From contig JAVZCV010000002.1 of NCBI GenBank assembly GCA_038874215.1, positions 53,624 to 117,623 of the forward strand: DNA of 64,000 nt. The letters are read 5' to 3'. This stretch comes from Candidatus Micrarchaeia archaeon. Lineage in GTDB: Archaea; Micrarchaeota; Micrarchaeia; Burarchaeales; JAVZCV01. Below, piece by piece: positions 46,938 to 56,381 of the stretch. A program made the position numbers and the translations under genes. The stretch's first letter is position 1. Each line of letters begins with the position of its first letter. The notes below the pieces were generated by a model. The model saw only the letters and a list, made by a program, of their open reading frames with translations, searched no databases and was not told the DNA's origin.

Positions 46938-47054
46938 CGGTCAGCGGCCATAGGGGCGGGGAAACACCCGATCTCTTCCCGAACTCGGAAGTAAAGCCCG
47001 CCTACGATGTTGCCTGTACTGCCGTCTGGCGGGAAGGCGCATTGCTGCTGGCCG
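46938..47054 (+). rRNA. rrf: 5S rRNA (stand-alone)
   Basis: GCGGCCATAG..ACACCCGATCTCTTCCCGAACTCGGAAGTAAAGCCC..GTACTG..GGGAA; terminal helix CGGTCAGCGGC/GCTGCTGGCCG; TATA-like AAATATAAAT upstream. Confidence 0.95.
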
Positions 47055-47064
47055 TTAATTTCTA

Positions 47065-47430
47065 CTATAACTCTGCAACTGCTTCTATCTCAACAACCGC
47101 GCCTTTTGGAAGCGAAGCCACACCCACTGTTGCGCGTGCGGGCTTATTCCTAAAATGCCTCTCATAAACAGTATTCATCTTTGCAAAATCAGACATATTC
47201 GTAAGGTACACTGTTGTTTTGACTACCTTGTCCAACGAAGAACCAGCGGCTTTAAGAATGGTGCTTATATTGCTTATCGCATTTTCAGTCTGCTCCTCAA
47301 TGCCATCCCCTAATTCGCCGTTAGCGTCAACCCCTATCTGCCCAGAAACGAAGACGAGGTCATGTGAAATCACCGCATGGGAGTATGGTCCGATAGCTTT
47401 CGGCGCACCTTCTGATGAAACATTTTTCAT
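47065..47430 (-). CDS. ridA: RidA/YjgF family imine deaminase
   Basis: APKAIGPYS, SGQI, PARATV..LPK..VEIE. Confidence 0.95.
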   Translation of the reverse strand: MKNVSSEGAPKAIGPYSHAVISHDLVFVSGQIGVDANGELGDGIEEQTENAISNISTILKAAGSSLDKVVKTTVYLTNMSDFAKMNTVYERHFRNKPARATVGVASLPKGAVVEIEAVAEL

Positions 47431-47488
47431 AAAACCACCGAAGGCACTTCACATCAAAAATTAATAATATGCCTCTGTTATTACATGC

Positions 47489-48445
47489 ATGCTCGCAGAG
47501 ATTTCCGTTCTTGTCTTCGCCATAATAATCATAGTTTTAACCGCAGAAATATCAATAAGGTCTAGCCTAAGCATTGCGGCGAGATATGGGTTAAGCGACT
47601 CCTTCATAGGTCTAACAGTGCTCTCAGTCGGCACATCCCTCCCCGAGATATTCACCGCTTTCACAGGCGCCATAAAAATAATACAAGGCGGGAGCAAAGA
47701 GATATCCTACGCAATCATAGGCACTAACGTGGGATCAGACATCTTCCAGCAGACGTTTGTCCTCGGCTTAGTTGCATTTCTCTTCCCTATAAAATTTAGA
47801 GAAAAAACCGACACGCAAGAGATAAAATTGCTTATCGGTGCAACCGCACTTCTCCTCATTCTATGCTTAGACGGCATTCTATCAAAGGTTGAGGGGCTTG
47901 CGTTAATGCTCCTCTACCTCCTCCTGATTTGCAGTATGGCGAAAAACGAAAATAGAAAAACCAAGCAAAAAACCAAAGGATTGGCCGAAACGCTCCGGGA
48001 TTCCTCAATCCTTCTCTCTGCACTAATCATTATGGGCATCGCCGCAGACAATGCTCTTAATGCTATCCAGTACCTTGTGGTTTCACTGGGGATAAGCGCA
48101 ACATTCCTTGGCGCCATCACGCTCGGTATCGCCTCAGCTCTCCCAGAGCTGACAACAGCGATAACAGCGGCAATAAGAGGAAGAAGACACATATCCGAGG
48201 GCACGCTGATAGGAAGCAACATAACAAACCCCATGTTTGGTTTAGGCTTGGGCGCAGCGATTTCTTCTCTTCACGTTCCACATTCCGCAATAATTTTTGA
48301 TATGCCATACAAGCTTCTCTGCGCCTTTCTGCTATACTCCATAATTAAAAGGAAAGGCGATATCTCGCGCGTCTCTGCCCTTATCCTCATATTCCTATAT
48401 GTTACATACCTTTCTCTAAGAAGCGTTTTCCTCCTTCATGCATAG
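47489..48445 (+). CDS. Sodium/calcium exchanger (CaCA family)
   Basis: Alpha repeats GTSLPE..GS and ASALPE..GSN. Confidence 0.92.
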   Translation: MLAEISVLVFAIIIIVLTAEISIRSSLSIAARYGLSDSFIGLTVLSVGTSLPEIFTAFTGAIKIIQGGSKEISYAIIGTNVGSDIFQQTFVLGLVAFLFPIKFREKTDTQEIKLLIGATALLLILCLDGILSKVEGLALMLLYLLLICSMAKNENRKTKQKTKGLAETLRDSSILLSALIIMGIAADNALNAIQYLVVSLGISATFLGAITLGIASALPELTTAITAAIRGRRHISEGTLIGSNITNPMFGLGLGAAISSLHVPHSAIIFDMPYKLLCAFLLYSIIKRKGDISRVSALILIFLYVTYLSLRSVFLLHA

Positions 48446-48490
48446 CGAGAAGCCTTTTTATTTCATCTGCATAAACCTATTGGTGGTTCT

Positions 48491-49771
48491 GTGGAAAGCG
48501 CGATTTCAGGTTTCTATAAGAAAACTGTTGATGAGCGGTTGGTGATTCTGAGAGAACAAGGCCTGATAAGCGATGAGGACATAGCTGTTTTAAAGAGGGA
48601 AGGGCCGCTACCTCTATCCGTTGCCTCAAGAATGATTGAAAACGTGATAGGCACAGTCTCTCTTCCGCTTGGCGTTGCAACGTATTTTAGGATAAACGGT
48701 AGAGACTGCTTGATTCCGATGGCTATAGAAGAGCCCTCAGTAGTCGCAGCCGCCTCGTTTGCGGCGAAACTCGCAAGGGAAAGCGGAGGTTTTACAGCGA
48801 GCGCAACAGAGCCCGTAATGATAGGGCAGGTTCAGCTGGTTGGCGTTGAGAGCACAGAATCCGCGAAAAAAGCGATACTTGAAAAAAAGAATGAGATCCT
48901 TGAGCTCGCGAATTCAAAGGATGCTACTCTCGTAAAGCTCGGCGGAGGGGCAAGAGACATAGAGGTAAGAGGCATAGGCGGCAAAAGCAAAATCCTTGCC
49001 GTCCATCTCCTCGTAGATGTACGCGATGCCATGGGTGCAAATGCCGTCAATACGATGAGCGAGGCGATAGCGCCCCTATTAGAGCAGCTGAGCGGTGGGA
49101 AGGCCCGCCTCCGCATCATTTCAAACCTTGCAGTATACAGAAAAGCACATGCAAGGGCCGTCTGGAAAAAAGAGGTTCTTGAAGAAAGCGTTGGCGGGAA
49201 AATGAGCGGAGAGGAGGTTGTGGAGGCAATCCTGCAGGCATACGAGTTCGCTGTGAAAGATCCTTTCAGGTGTGCGACGCACAACAAGGGCATAATGAAC
49301 GGGATAGATGCTCTCGCAGTTGCGACTGGAAATGACTGGCGTGCCATTGAGGCTGGCGTGCACTCATACGCATGCTTCAAGAGAAAATATTCCCCCCTGA
49401 CCCGATATAAGAAAAACAGAAAAGGAGATCTGGAAGGAGAGATAGAACTCCCGCTTGCGTTTGGGATTGTTGGAGGGGCAACGAGAACAAGCCCAACCGC
49501 ACAGATATCGCTAAAAATTCTTGGTGTGAAGAGCGCACAGGAGCTCGCGCAAGTCGCAGCAGCACTCGGGCTTGCACAGAACTTTGCAGCTCTCCGTGCG
49601 CTTGCAACAGAGGGAATACAGCGTGGGCATATGGAGCTGCACGCAAGAAACATAGCGATAACTGCTGGAGCTTCTGGGAGCGAGGCTGACATCGTGGCAA
49701 AAAAGATGATTGAGGAGAAAAACATAAGCGTTACGAGAGCAAAGGAGATACTTTCATCACTGCATGGTTAG
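48491..49771 (+). CDS. mvaA: HMG-CoA reductase, class II
   Basis: ENVIG, EEPSVVAA, DAMGAN, THNKG, GIQRGHMELH. Confidence 0.95.
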   Translation: MESAISGFYKKTVDERLVILREQGLISDEDIAVLKREGPLPLSVASRMIENVIGTVSLPLGVATYFRINGRDCLIPMAIEEPSVVAAASFAAKLARESGGFTASATEPVMIGQVQLVGVESTESAKKAILEKKNEILELANSKDATLVKLGGGARDIEVRGIGGKSKILAVHLLVDVRDAMGANAVNTMSEAIAPLLEQLSGGKARLRIISNLAVYRKAHARAVWKKEVLEESVGGKMSGEEVVEAILQAYEFAVKDPFRCATHNKGIMNGIDALAVATGNDWRAIEAGVHSYACFKRKYSPLTRYKKNRKGDLEGEIELPLAFGIVGGATRTSPTAQISLKILGVKSAQELAQVAAALGLAQNFAALRALATEGIQRGHMELHARNIAITAGASGSEADIVAKKMIEEKNISVTRAKEILSSLHG

Positions 49772-49779
49772 GTGGTCTA

Positions 49780-51483
49780 TTGAAAAAAGCAGATTTCTAT
49801 GCGTTGTTGCTAATCATCGTTCTGAGCGTTTCTGCACTCTCCTGGGGTTTTGGTAAGGACATCTCTTTGGATTCTTTTTCCCATCTGAAAAATGTGCGGG
49901 ATAGCAAGCTACCCTCCGATTTCATTCTTAATAGCCTCTCATCTTGGTTAGGCTCGGATTTGGTTCTGGCTACAAAGCTTTTTGTGCTCGCATGCGCCCT
50001 CATCTCTATCTGCTCCTTCTTCTTCGCAGTTCGCAAATTTTGCAACCCAACCATATCGGTGCTTTCAGCAGTTCTCCTTCTTTTTACGCCAGACTTCATA
50101 AGCGCATTTCTTGTTGGAAAGTATTCGCCGCATGTTTTTGAATTTACCCTTGCGATGCTCGGCATTTCTATCCTCACAGTTTTTGAAAAATCCCAATATC
50201 CAATCTCTGCGATAGGGGGGATTGCTCTTGGGCTTGCATGTGCAAGAGACATGCAAGCGGCTCTCTTCTTCTTCATCGTCTTTCTAATGAAAATAGTTCT
50301 TGACTACAGAAATGATAAGTTAGCCTTTCAGAATTCTGTTGCTTTCTTTTCTGCCTTCCTCATAGTTTTCCTCATATCTGCCTACCCAAACTTTGCTCTT
50401 GCTCAATCCGAACCGAAGATTCCGTACACGCTCATACCCGCATCCTTTGCCTGTGTGCTCTTTATGATTATGAGAAGAAAATGGGATTTTTATCCCCTGT
50501 TTGCACTCCTCTTCCTACCCGCTTTCATACCCAACCTAATACACTCAAACCCGCTGCTCCTTCTATTTCCTCTATCATTTGCATCGGCATGTGGGCTATC
50601 TGAACTAACCAGCGGCGGTGCCGATGCGCATAAAATTTCTTTATTTACTCTATCCTTTTTTCTTCCGCTTGCAATCATTTTCCCATGGAGCGTCAGTATT
50701 ACAGGTGCTCTTCTACTATCTCTTATAACAGCTTTTGCAGCTCTATTCATAAAAAAGACCCTCCCAGACCTCACATTTTTTTACTACACACCACAGCTTT
50801 TCGTCGCAATACTCTTTGTCTCAACAATAGGTCTTGGCGCTTTGCACAGGACATATTCTCGGCTTGATGGCGATTGGCTCAATGCGCTTGCATGGATTGT
50901 TGCGAACACAGAAAAAAACGCAACAATCGCAACTCCAACTATGAGCGATGCAGTGGAATTCAAAACGGGCAGAACAGCTCTTGACAATAACACAGTAATT
51001 CTCGCTTTACTTTCAAAAAACAAAAATGCGCTCTCAGAAATGAATGCAAGCTACCTGCTCATTGACAAGCGCTTCCTTCTGGATTTGCATGCAATCGGTT
51101 CAAACATATCCAGAAACAAAGACGCTATAGGAGCAGATGCTTTTGTTTTCTACGGGCCTGCAAAAAGCAGGGAGACAATATATGCGGTTTTCATATCAAA
51201 GAGTGGAGCCACCCTATGGGTTCCATTGAATAAAAACTTTGAGTTTGAGCATGGGGCAGACGCTTTTATCGGCTCGCCACCAAACATGATGCGCATCCCC
51301 CAGGAGATGCTAATAAGAACAAAATGCTCTGAATCAGACTTTTTCAACTATAGTGCGGATATCCTTCTATATCCGGACGAAGACTACGATAGGAACATCA
51401 TCAGCCTTTTTCTTGGCAAACACGAGAATTTTGGCGAGAAGGTTTATGATAGAGGTTTTATAACCATATACAGGCTAAAATGA
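49780..51483 (+). CDS. STT3/AglB-like polytopic membrane protein lacking WWDYG
   Basis: About 11-13 TM helices, DSFSH in the first loop, DWLNALAWIVANT.KNATI, C-terminal EKVY....IYRL. Confidence 0.6.
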   Translation: MKKADFYALLLIIVLSVSALSWGFGKDISLDSFSHLKNVRDSKLPSDFILNSLSSWLGSDLVLATKLFVLACALISICSFFFAVRKFCNPTISVLSAVLLLFTPDFISAFLVGKYSPHVFEFTLAMLGISILTVFEKSQYPISAIGGIALGLACARDMQAALFFFIVFLMKIVLDYRNDKLAFQNSVAFFSAFLIVFLISAYPNFALAQSEPKIPYTLIPASFACVLFMIMRRKWDFYPLFALLFLPAFIPNLIHSNPLLLLFPLSFASACGLSELTSGGADAHKISLFTLSFFLPLAIIFPWSVSITGALLLSLITAFAALFIKKTLPDLTFFYYTPQLFVAILFVSTIGLGALHRTYSRLDGDWLNALAWIVANTEKNATIATPTMSDAVEFKTGRTALDNNTVILALLSKNKNALSEMNASYLLIDKRFLLDLHAIGSNISRNKDAIGADAFVFYGPAKSRETIYAVFISKSGATLWVPLNKNFEFEHGADAFIGSPPNMMRIPQEMLIRTKCSESDFFNYSADILLYPDEDYDRNIISLFLGKHENFGEKVYDRGFITIYRLK

Positions 51484-51511
51484 AAACAATGCACGTTCAT
51501 CGGGTGCGTCC

Positions 51512-52531
51512 ATGAACTTTGATTTTGGAACGGCGCTTATACTCGTGTTCATCGTATCATTCGTCTCTACATTTTTTGTTGCGCCTCTTTTCATAAAGAA
51601 AATGACAAGAAAGCGAGTTGTTTCAACAGACGTCCATAAGCCAGAAAAGCCGCTCATACCGAAAATTGGGGGCCTAATAATACTCTTCGGGTTCCTGATG
51701 GGCGCCCTGCTTTCTCTCCAACTTCATTCAAGGTGGGTAAACGTGCCTTTCATTCTTGCCGCAATATCCTCTATCACCATAATAGCGATAATAGGCTTTG
51801 TGGATGATGTTCTTGATGTAAGCGACATTTACCGCGTGCTAACGCCGCTCATGGCCGCCCTGCCGCTTATAGTCGTAAAAGCGGGGACGAGCACGATGAA
51901 CATACCATTTTTTGGGAATGTGAATTTTGACCTTGGTGCTCGTTTCATCCCAGGCATAGGCTATGTTGATATAAACCTTTACATACTCCTGCTGATTCCT
52001 ATCGGAGTCGTGGCATGCTCAAACCTAATAAACCTGCTTGCAGGCTTCAACGGGCTTGAGGCGGGCACTGGCGCAATCGCATGCCTCTCAATACTAACCG
52101 CAACAGTTATACTGCATGCAAGGGGCATAGACAACACTGAGTCCTCCTTCATAATGGCTTCAATGTTTGCTGCATGCCTTGCATTTCTCATCTTCAACTG
52201 GTACCCCGCAAAGGTATTCCCTGGAAACACGGCAACATACGCTATAGGCGCTTCAATAGTCTGCGCGGTCGTCCTAGGCAACATAGAGAAGATAGGCGTT
52301 ATAGCGCTTGCACCTCAGATAGCAGAATTTTTACTGAAAGCACGCTCTCGCTTCAGGGCTGAGAACTTCGGTAAGAACATAAACGGGCGGCTACATTACG
52401 ATGGCGAGATATACTCGCTAACGCATCTCATCATGCGCTACCTAAGGCCTACCGAACAACAGCTTGTGCTTATACTGATGTTATTACAACTGGTATGCGG
52501 TGCCATCGCAGTATCAACACTATTCTGGTGA
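51512..52531 (+). CDS. UDP-GlcNAc:polyprenyl-phosphate GlcNAc-1-phosphotransferase (AglH/ALG7-like)
   Basis: DVHKP, GFVDD, NLLAGFNGLEAG, FNWYPAKVFPGN. Confidence 0.92.
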   Translation: MNFDFGTALILVFIVSFVSTFFVAPLFIKKMTRKRVVSTDVHKPEKPLIPKIGGLIILFGFLMGALLSLQLHSRWVNVPFILAAISSITIIAIIGFVDDVLDVSDIYRVLTPLMAALPLIVVKAGTSTMNIPFFGNVNFDLGARFIPGIGYVDINLYILLLIPIGVVACSNLINLLAGFNGLEAGTGAIACLSILTATVILHARGIDNTESSFIMASMFAACLAFLIFNWYPAKVFPGNTATYAIGASIVCAVVLGNIEKIGVIALAPQIAEFLLKARSRFRAENFGKNINGRLHYDGEIYSLTHLIMRYLRPTEQQLVLILMLLQLVCGAIAVSTLFW

Positions 52532-52535
52532 TTCT

Positions 52536-53363
52536 CTGCTTAAGCCCGGAATTGCCATCCAAGTACGCTGCGCTGATGACTTCGTGCAATACTGCAGAAT
52601 GGCGAACTCCCTTGGAGTTTTTGATGTTGAGTTTGCACCGATGCCATGGCCCTTCATAGTTTCTATTGATGATAAAGAAAAAGGCATGATAACCGACGCT
52701 CTGCATAAAAACAAAATAAAGCCAGCACTCCACATATGGCTTATGGACGTGAACTATGCGACAGACAACCCAATAATACGAGAGGCCTCAGAGAACATCA
52801 TAATGAGGTGTATAGAGTTTGCAGCAGATATCGGCGCTCGGCACATAGTGCTCCATCCCCCTTTTTTCTATGACGCTAGAAGACTGCGCAGTGTTGATGA
52901 GATAGCGAATCTTTTTTCAAAATTCGCAAGCGAATCAAGGAAAAAAGGGGTTCTGTTCTGCACTGAAAACATGCCGCCAATAAAACACAGGGCAATTCCG
53001 CGCGATATTACCGAGTTAGCGCATATTCTCAAAAAAGCCGACCAAAACCTTGGCCTTCTTCTTGATGTCGGCCATGCAAACCTTGAGGGCATGGTCAACG
53101 GATACGACGGAATACCCGAATATATACTGAAATTTAAAGAAAAAATATTCGCAATGCACTTGCACGACAATAACGGTAAAATAGAAAATGGGATAGGGAT
53201 TGACGAACACCTGCAAATCGGCATGGGAAGAATTGACTGGAAAGCTTTTTCTGACTTGACAAAAGGAATAAACGCCGTTGCTTATCTTGAGACGCGCCCG
53301 CCTTCTTCGGATGTTTTTGGAGCTAGCATAAAAAAATTGCGCGAATACGGTTTGTTCATATGA
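52536..53363 (+). CDS. Sugar-phosphate isomerase/epimerase (xylose-isomerase-like TIM barrel), probable CTG start
   Basis: LHP, TENM, LDVGHA, HLHDN..DEHL.IG.G.IDW; GGTGA + 4 nt + CTG at 52536. Confidence 0.85.
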   Translation: MLKPGIAIQVRCADDFVQYCRMANSLGVFDVEFAPMPWPFIVSIDDKEKGMITDALHKNKIKPALHIWLMDVNYATDNPIIREASENIIMRCIEFAADIGARHIVLHPPFFYDARRLRSVDEIANLFSKFASESRKKGVLFCTENMPPIKHRAIPRDITELAHILKKADQNLGLLLDVGHANLEGMVNGYDGIPEYILKFKEKIFAMHLHDNNGKIENGIGIDEHLQIGMGRIDWKAFSDLTKGINAVAYLETRPPSSDVFGASIKKLREYGLFI

Positions 53364-54499
53364 AACCAAAACTCGCCTTAGTTCATCCATACCTATATAC
53401 GAAGGGAGGCGCAGAACGCGTAGTCCTAAAAATAGCGCAACACTTCAATGCGAAGATATACTGCTCAATATATGATAAAGAAAACACATTTCCGGAGTTC
53501 TCGGAGCTTGATGTTGAGGTTATCAAAAAGGGATTCATGGGCTACCTCCCCTCTTTCATACCAAAGAGGGCAAGGGATGCGGCGATATCGGGATACCAGT
53601 TCTACACTCTGAAAATAAAAGACTACGATGTAGTCAATGCGCATGGAACGCCTTCTGAATGGGTGAGGAACAGAAACGCACCAGTTGTTTGGTACTGCCA
53701 CACACCGAATAGGGAGGCATTTGACCTTTACGAGTGGAGGATGCGCAGGCGCAACCTCTACGAAAAGCTCGTTTTCTGGTCCTTCATCCAAGCATATAAG
53801 TTTTTTGAATTCAAAACAGTCCCGAAAATTGAGCATGTGTTTGCAAATAGTGAGAACACAAAGAACAGACTAAAGAAATACCTCGGCGTTGATGCGCAAG
53901 TTCTAAACCCTTGCGTAGATTACGATAGATTCCGCTGTGATGCTTATGACAAATTTTTCCTCTACCCCTCCCGCATAACCCCCGAGAAGAGGTTTGAATT
54001 CGCCATTGAGGCATTCAAAAAATTCTCGGAGAGGAACAAGGGCTGGAAACTCGTGATAGCGGGCGCCCTTCTCCGCCAAAGAAAAGAGCATGTTGCTTAC
54101 TATGAGCAGATACGCTCAATGCTCGGGGACATGGGGGAGATAATGCTTGATGTGGACAGCAAGACGCTCACAGACCTTTATGCGAGATGCACCGCAGTCC
54201 TCTACACGCCCGTTGATGAAGACTTTGGGATAGTGCCGCTTGAGGCGATGGCATCATGCAAGCCATGCATAGCCATAAATGAAGGGGGTCCAAAAGAGGT
54301 TATACCGAAGGAGGCAGGCTTTCTCATATCCTCCCCAGCCGAGATGGCAGAAAAGATGGGCTATATCGCAAACAACATAGTAGACGCGGAGAAGATGGGT
54401 AAAGCTGGGAGAGCGCATGTTGAGAAAAACTTCTCATGGAAAGCATTCCTAAATAAGTTTGAAAGGGTTGTCAGGCAGTTGGCAAGAAAACCACACTAG
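53360..54499 (+). CDS. Glycosyltransferase family 4, ALG2-like
   Basis: HPYLYTKGGAERVV, YCHTP, EDFGIVPLEAMA, GGPKE. Confidence 0.9.
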   Translation: MKPKLALVHPYLYTKGGAERVVLKIAQHFNAKIYCSIYDKENTFPEFSELDVEVIKKGFMGYLPSFIPKRARDAAISGYQFYTLKIKDYDVVNAHGTPSEWVRNRNAPVVWYCHTPNREAFDLYEWRMRRRNLYEKLVFWSFIQAYKFFEFKTVPKIEHVFANSENTKNRLKKYLGVDAQVLNPCVDYDRFRCDAYDKFFLYPSRITPEKRFEFAIEAFKKFSERNKGWKLVIAGALLRQRKEHVAYYEQIRSMLGDMGEIMLDVDSKTLTDLYARCTAVLYTPVDEDFGIVPLEAMASCKPCIAINEGGPKEVIPKEAGFLISSPAEMAEKMGYIANNIVDAEKMGKAGRAHVEKNFSWKAFLNKFERVVRQLARKPH

Positions 54500-55215
54500 T
54501 GTTTCTCCCTATTTGCCGCAAGCGTGAGGCTAACCATACTTATTATCTGGTTCGCGTGCTCATAGTCGTGTATCCTACCGATATCCATCCAGTATTCATC
54601 AAAGACATAACCATATATCCCTTTTTTATCTCTCAAAAGTTTAGGAAAGACGTCTCTCGCAAAATCAAGACCGACTTCTATATACCCGAATATTTCTGGC
54701 TCAAAAACATATATGCCAGCGTTTATGAGGTTCTGAATTATGGGTTTTTCCTCAAACTCAACTATTCTTGAATTGGCGTCAATCTTCGCTATGCCGTATT
54801 CAAGCGGAAGGCCCTGCCTCTTCAATCCTATCGTCGCTATCCCTCCATGCTTTTTATGAAAATTCACCATCTTCCTGAAGTTTATGTTAGTTAGATGATC
54901 GCCCATGAGAACAAGGAATGTTTCTTTCACGTCTTTTTCTGCAGCCTTTATTGAGCCAGCAGTGTTCATCTCCTTCTCTTCTTCAAGATACCGTATCTTT
55001 ACCCCGAACTTCCCCCCATCGCCGAAATACTCCTTTATCTGCTCTTTCAAGTATCCAACAGTGAGCGTTATATCCGTTATACCCTGCTTGTGCAGGTTGT
55101 TTATAACAAACTCCAGAATTGGCTTATCACCAAGAGGTAGCATTGATTTAGGTATGCTATATGTATATGGCCTCAATCTCGTTCCTTTTCCACCACACAG
55201 CACGAAAGCCTTCAT
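54496..55215 (-). CDS. Sugar-1-phosphate nucleotidyltransferase (mannose-1-P guanylyltransferase-like)
   Basis: GGKGTRLRPYT..PK, EKP, INAGIY, YWMDIG. Confidence 0.9.
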   Translation of the reverse strand: MKAFVLCGGKGTRLRPYTYSIPKSMLPLGDKPILEFVINNLHKQGITDITLTVGYLKEQIKEYFGDGGKFGVKIRYLEEEKEMNTAGSIKAAEKDVKETFLVLMGDHLTNINFRKMVNFHKKHGGIATIGLKRQGLPLEYGIAKIDANSRIVEFEEKPIIQNLINAGIYVFEPEIFGYIEVGLDFARDVFPKLLRDKKGIYGYVFDEYWMDIGRIHDYEHANQIISMVSLTLAANREKH

Positions 55216-56381
55216 AACTTCACCCCTTTTCTGACGAGCTTGCTTACATTCTTAACCTCGTTCTCCCACCTCTCTAATTTCCCCTCAAATTTTTCAATTA
55301 TATCAATTATTCTCTCCGATGCACGTCCATCCCCATAAGGGTTCTCTGCGCTTTTCATCTTTTTCCTTAACCTTTCATCTTCTATAACTCTCCTCGTCCA
55401 TTCCATTATGTTCTCCTTCTTGCATCCTACACATATGTTAGCGCCAACCTCAACGCTCTCGGGCCTGTCCGTGACGTATCTCAGCGTAAGGCAGGGTATA
55501 TGCAAGCATGTGCATTCCTCCTGCATACCGCCAGAGTCTGTGAGGCAAAGATCACTTTCAAGGAGGATTCTGAGCGAATCCGTGTACTTCGGAAGGCAGG
55601 GGCTCCATATTATGTGCTCTGCTTTTTCAAGCCTTTCAGCATAACCATAGCGCTCTGCTGCCTGTTGCGTGCTTGGGAGCACCGAGCAAAAGAATTGGAC
55701 GTCCTCCATCTCCAGAATGGAATCAAATATCCCCTGCATCCTCTCCCTGCTTATAAGGTTTTCCTTTCTATGGCATGACCAAAAAACAAGAGGCTTCCTG
55801 AACTCAAACTTCTCTAAAATTCTGCTTTTCCTGCGCGCGAGTTCTGAATGCTGGAGAGCGGCATCAACAACAGTGTTGCCCGTTACGAATATTCTGTCCG
55901 CAGGGTAGCCCTCATTAAGAAGGTTCCTCCTGTTTTTTTCGGTTGGGGCGAAATAAAGTGCAGAGCAGGCATCAGAAGCCCGCGTGTTTATTTGCTCTGG
56001 AAATGGCTCCCAAGAATTCGTTCTCAACCCAGCCTCAACATGCCCTACGGGTATAAGGTTAAGGGCAGCCGCCATTGAGAAGAAGTTGCATGTGAATGTA
56101 TCTCCATGGGTTAACACGATGTCTGGTCTCTCCCCCCTAAATATCTTCTCCCCTTCAGACAGTATTTTAGCTCCTATTTCGCAACTGCTACCCCTTGCCC
56201 CAATGTCATAATTTGGCCTTGGTATCTCCAAGTCATCAAAAACCTCCTCATATAGGTTGGGCGAGTAGTGCTGCCCGCTCCACGCAATAAGTGTTTCGTG
56301 CCCTCTTCGCAGAGTTTCTCTTATAAGAGGTGCCATTTTTATCGCACATGCCCTTGTCCCAAATGCATGCATTATCTTCAT
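55212..56381 (-). CDS. wecB: UDP-N-acetylglucosamine 2-epimerase (non-hydrolysing)
   Basis: GTR..IKMAP, GQHY, HVEAGLR, PFPEQ, DSGGMQEE, YGDG. Confidence 0.93.
   Translation of the reverse strand: MKIMHAFGTRACAIKMAPLIRETLRRGHETLIAWSGQHYSPNLYEEVFDDLEIPRPNYDIGARGSSCEIGAKILSEGEKIFRGERPDIVLTHGDTFTCNFFSMAAALNLIPVGHVEAGLRTNSWEPFPEQINTRASDACSALYFAPTEKNRRNLLNEGYPADRIFVTGNTVVDAALQHSELARRKSRILEKFEFRKPLVFWSCHRKENLISRERMQGIFDSILEMEDVQFFCSVLPSTQQAAERYGYAERLEKAEHIIWSPCLPKYTDSLRILLESDLCLTDSGGMQEECTCLHIPCLTLRYVTDRPESVEVGANICVGCKKENIMEWTRRVIEDERLRKKMKSAENPYGDGRASERIIDIIEKFEGKLERWENEVKNVSKLVRKGVKL

Noticed and set aside
47015-47040. Short helix IV in the 5S rRNA as a novelty
   Set aside because: I recall a very similar GUACUGCC..CUGGCGGGAA arm in Methanococcales 5S rRNA, so it appears to be within known variation
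48832-49725. 297-aa antisense ORF
   Set aside because: Shadow of HMG-CoA reductase; Ser/Ala-rich with no motifs. The same applies to 7273-8001 and 22654-23361
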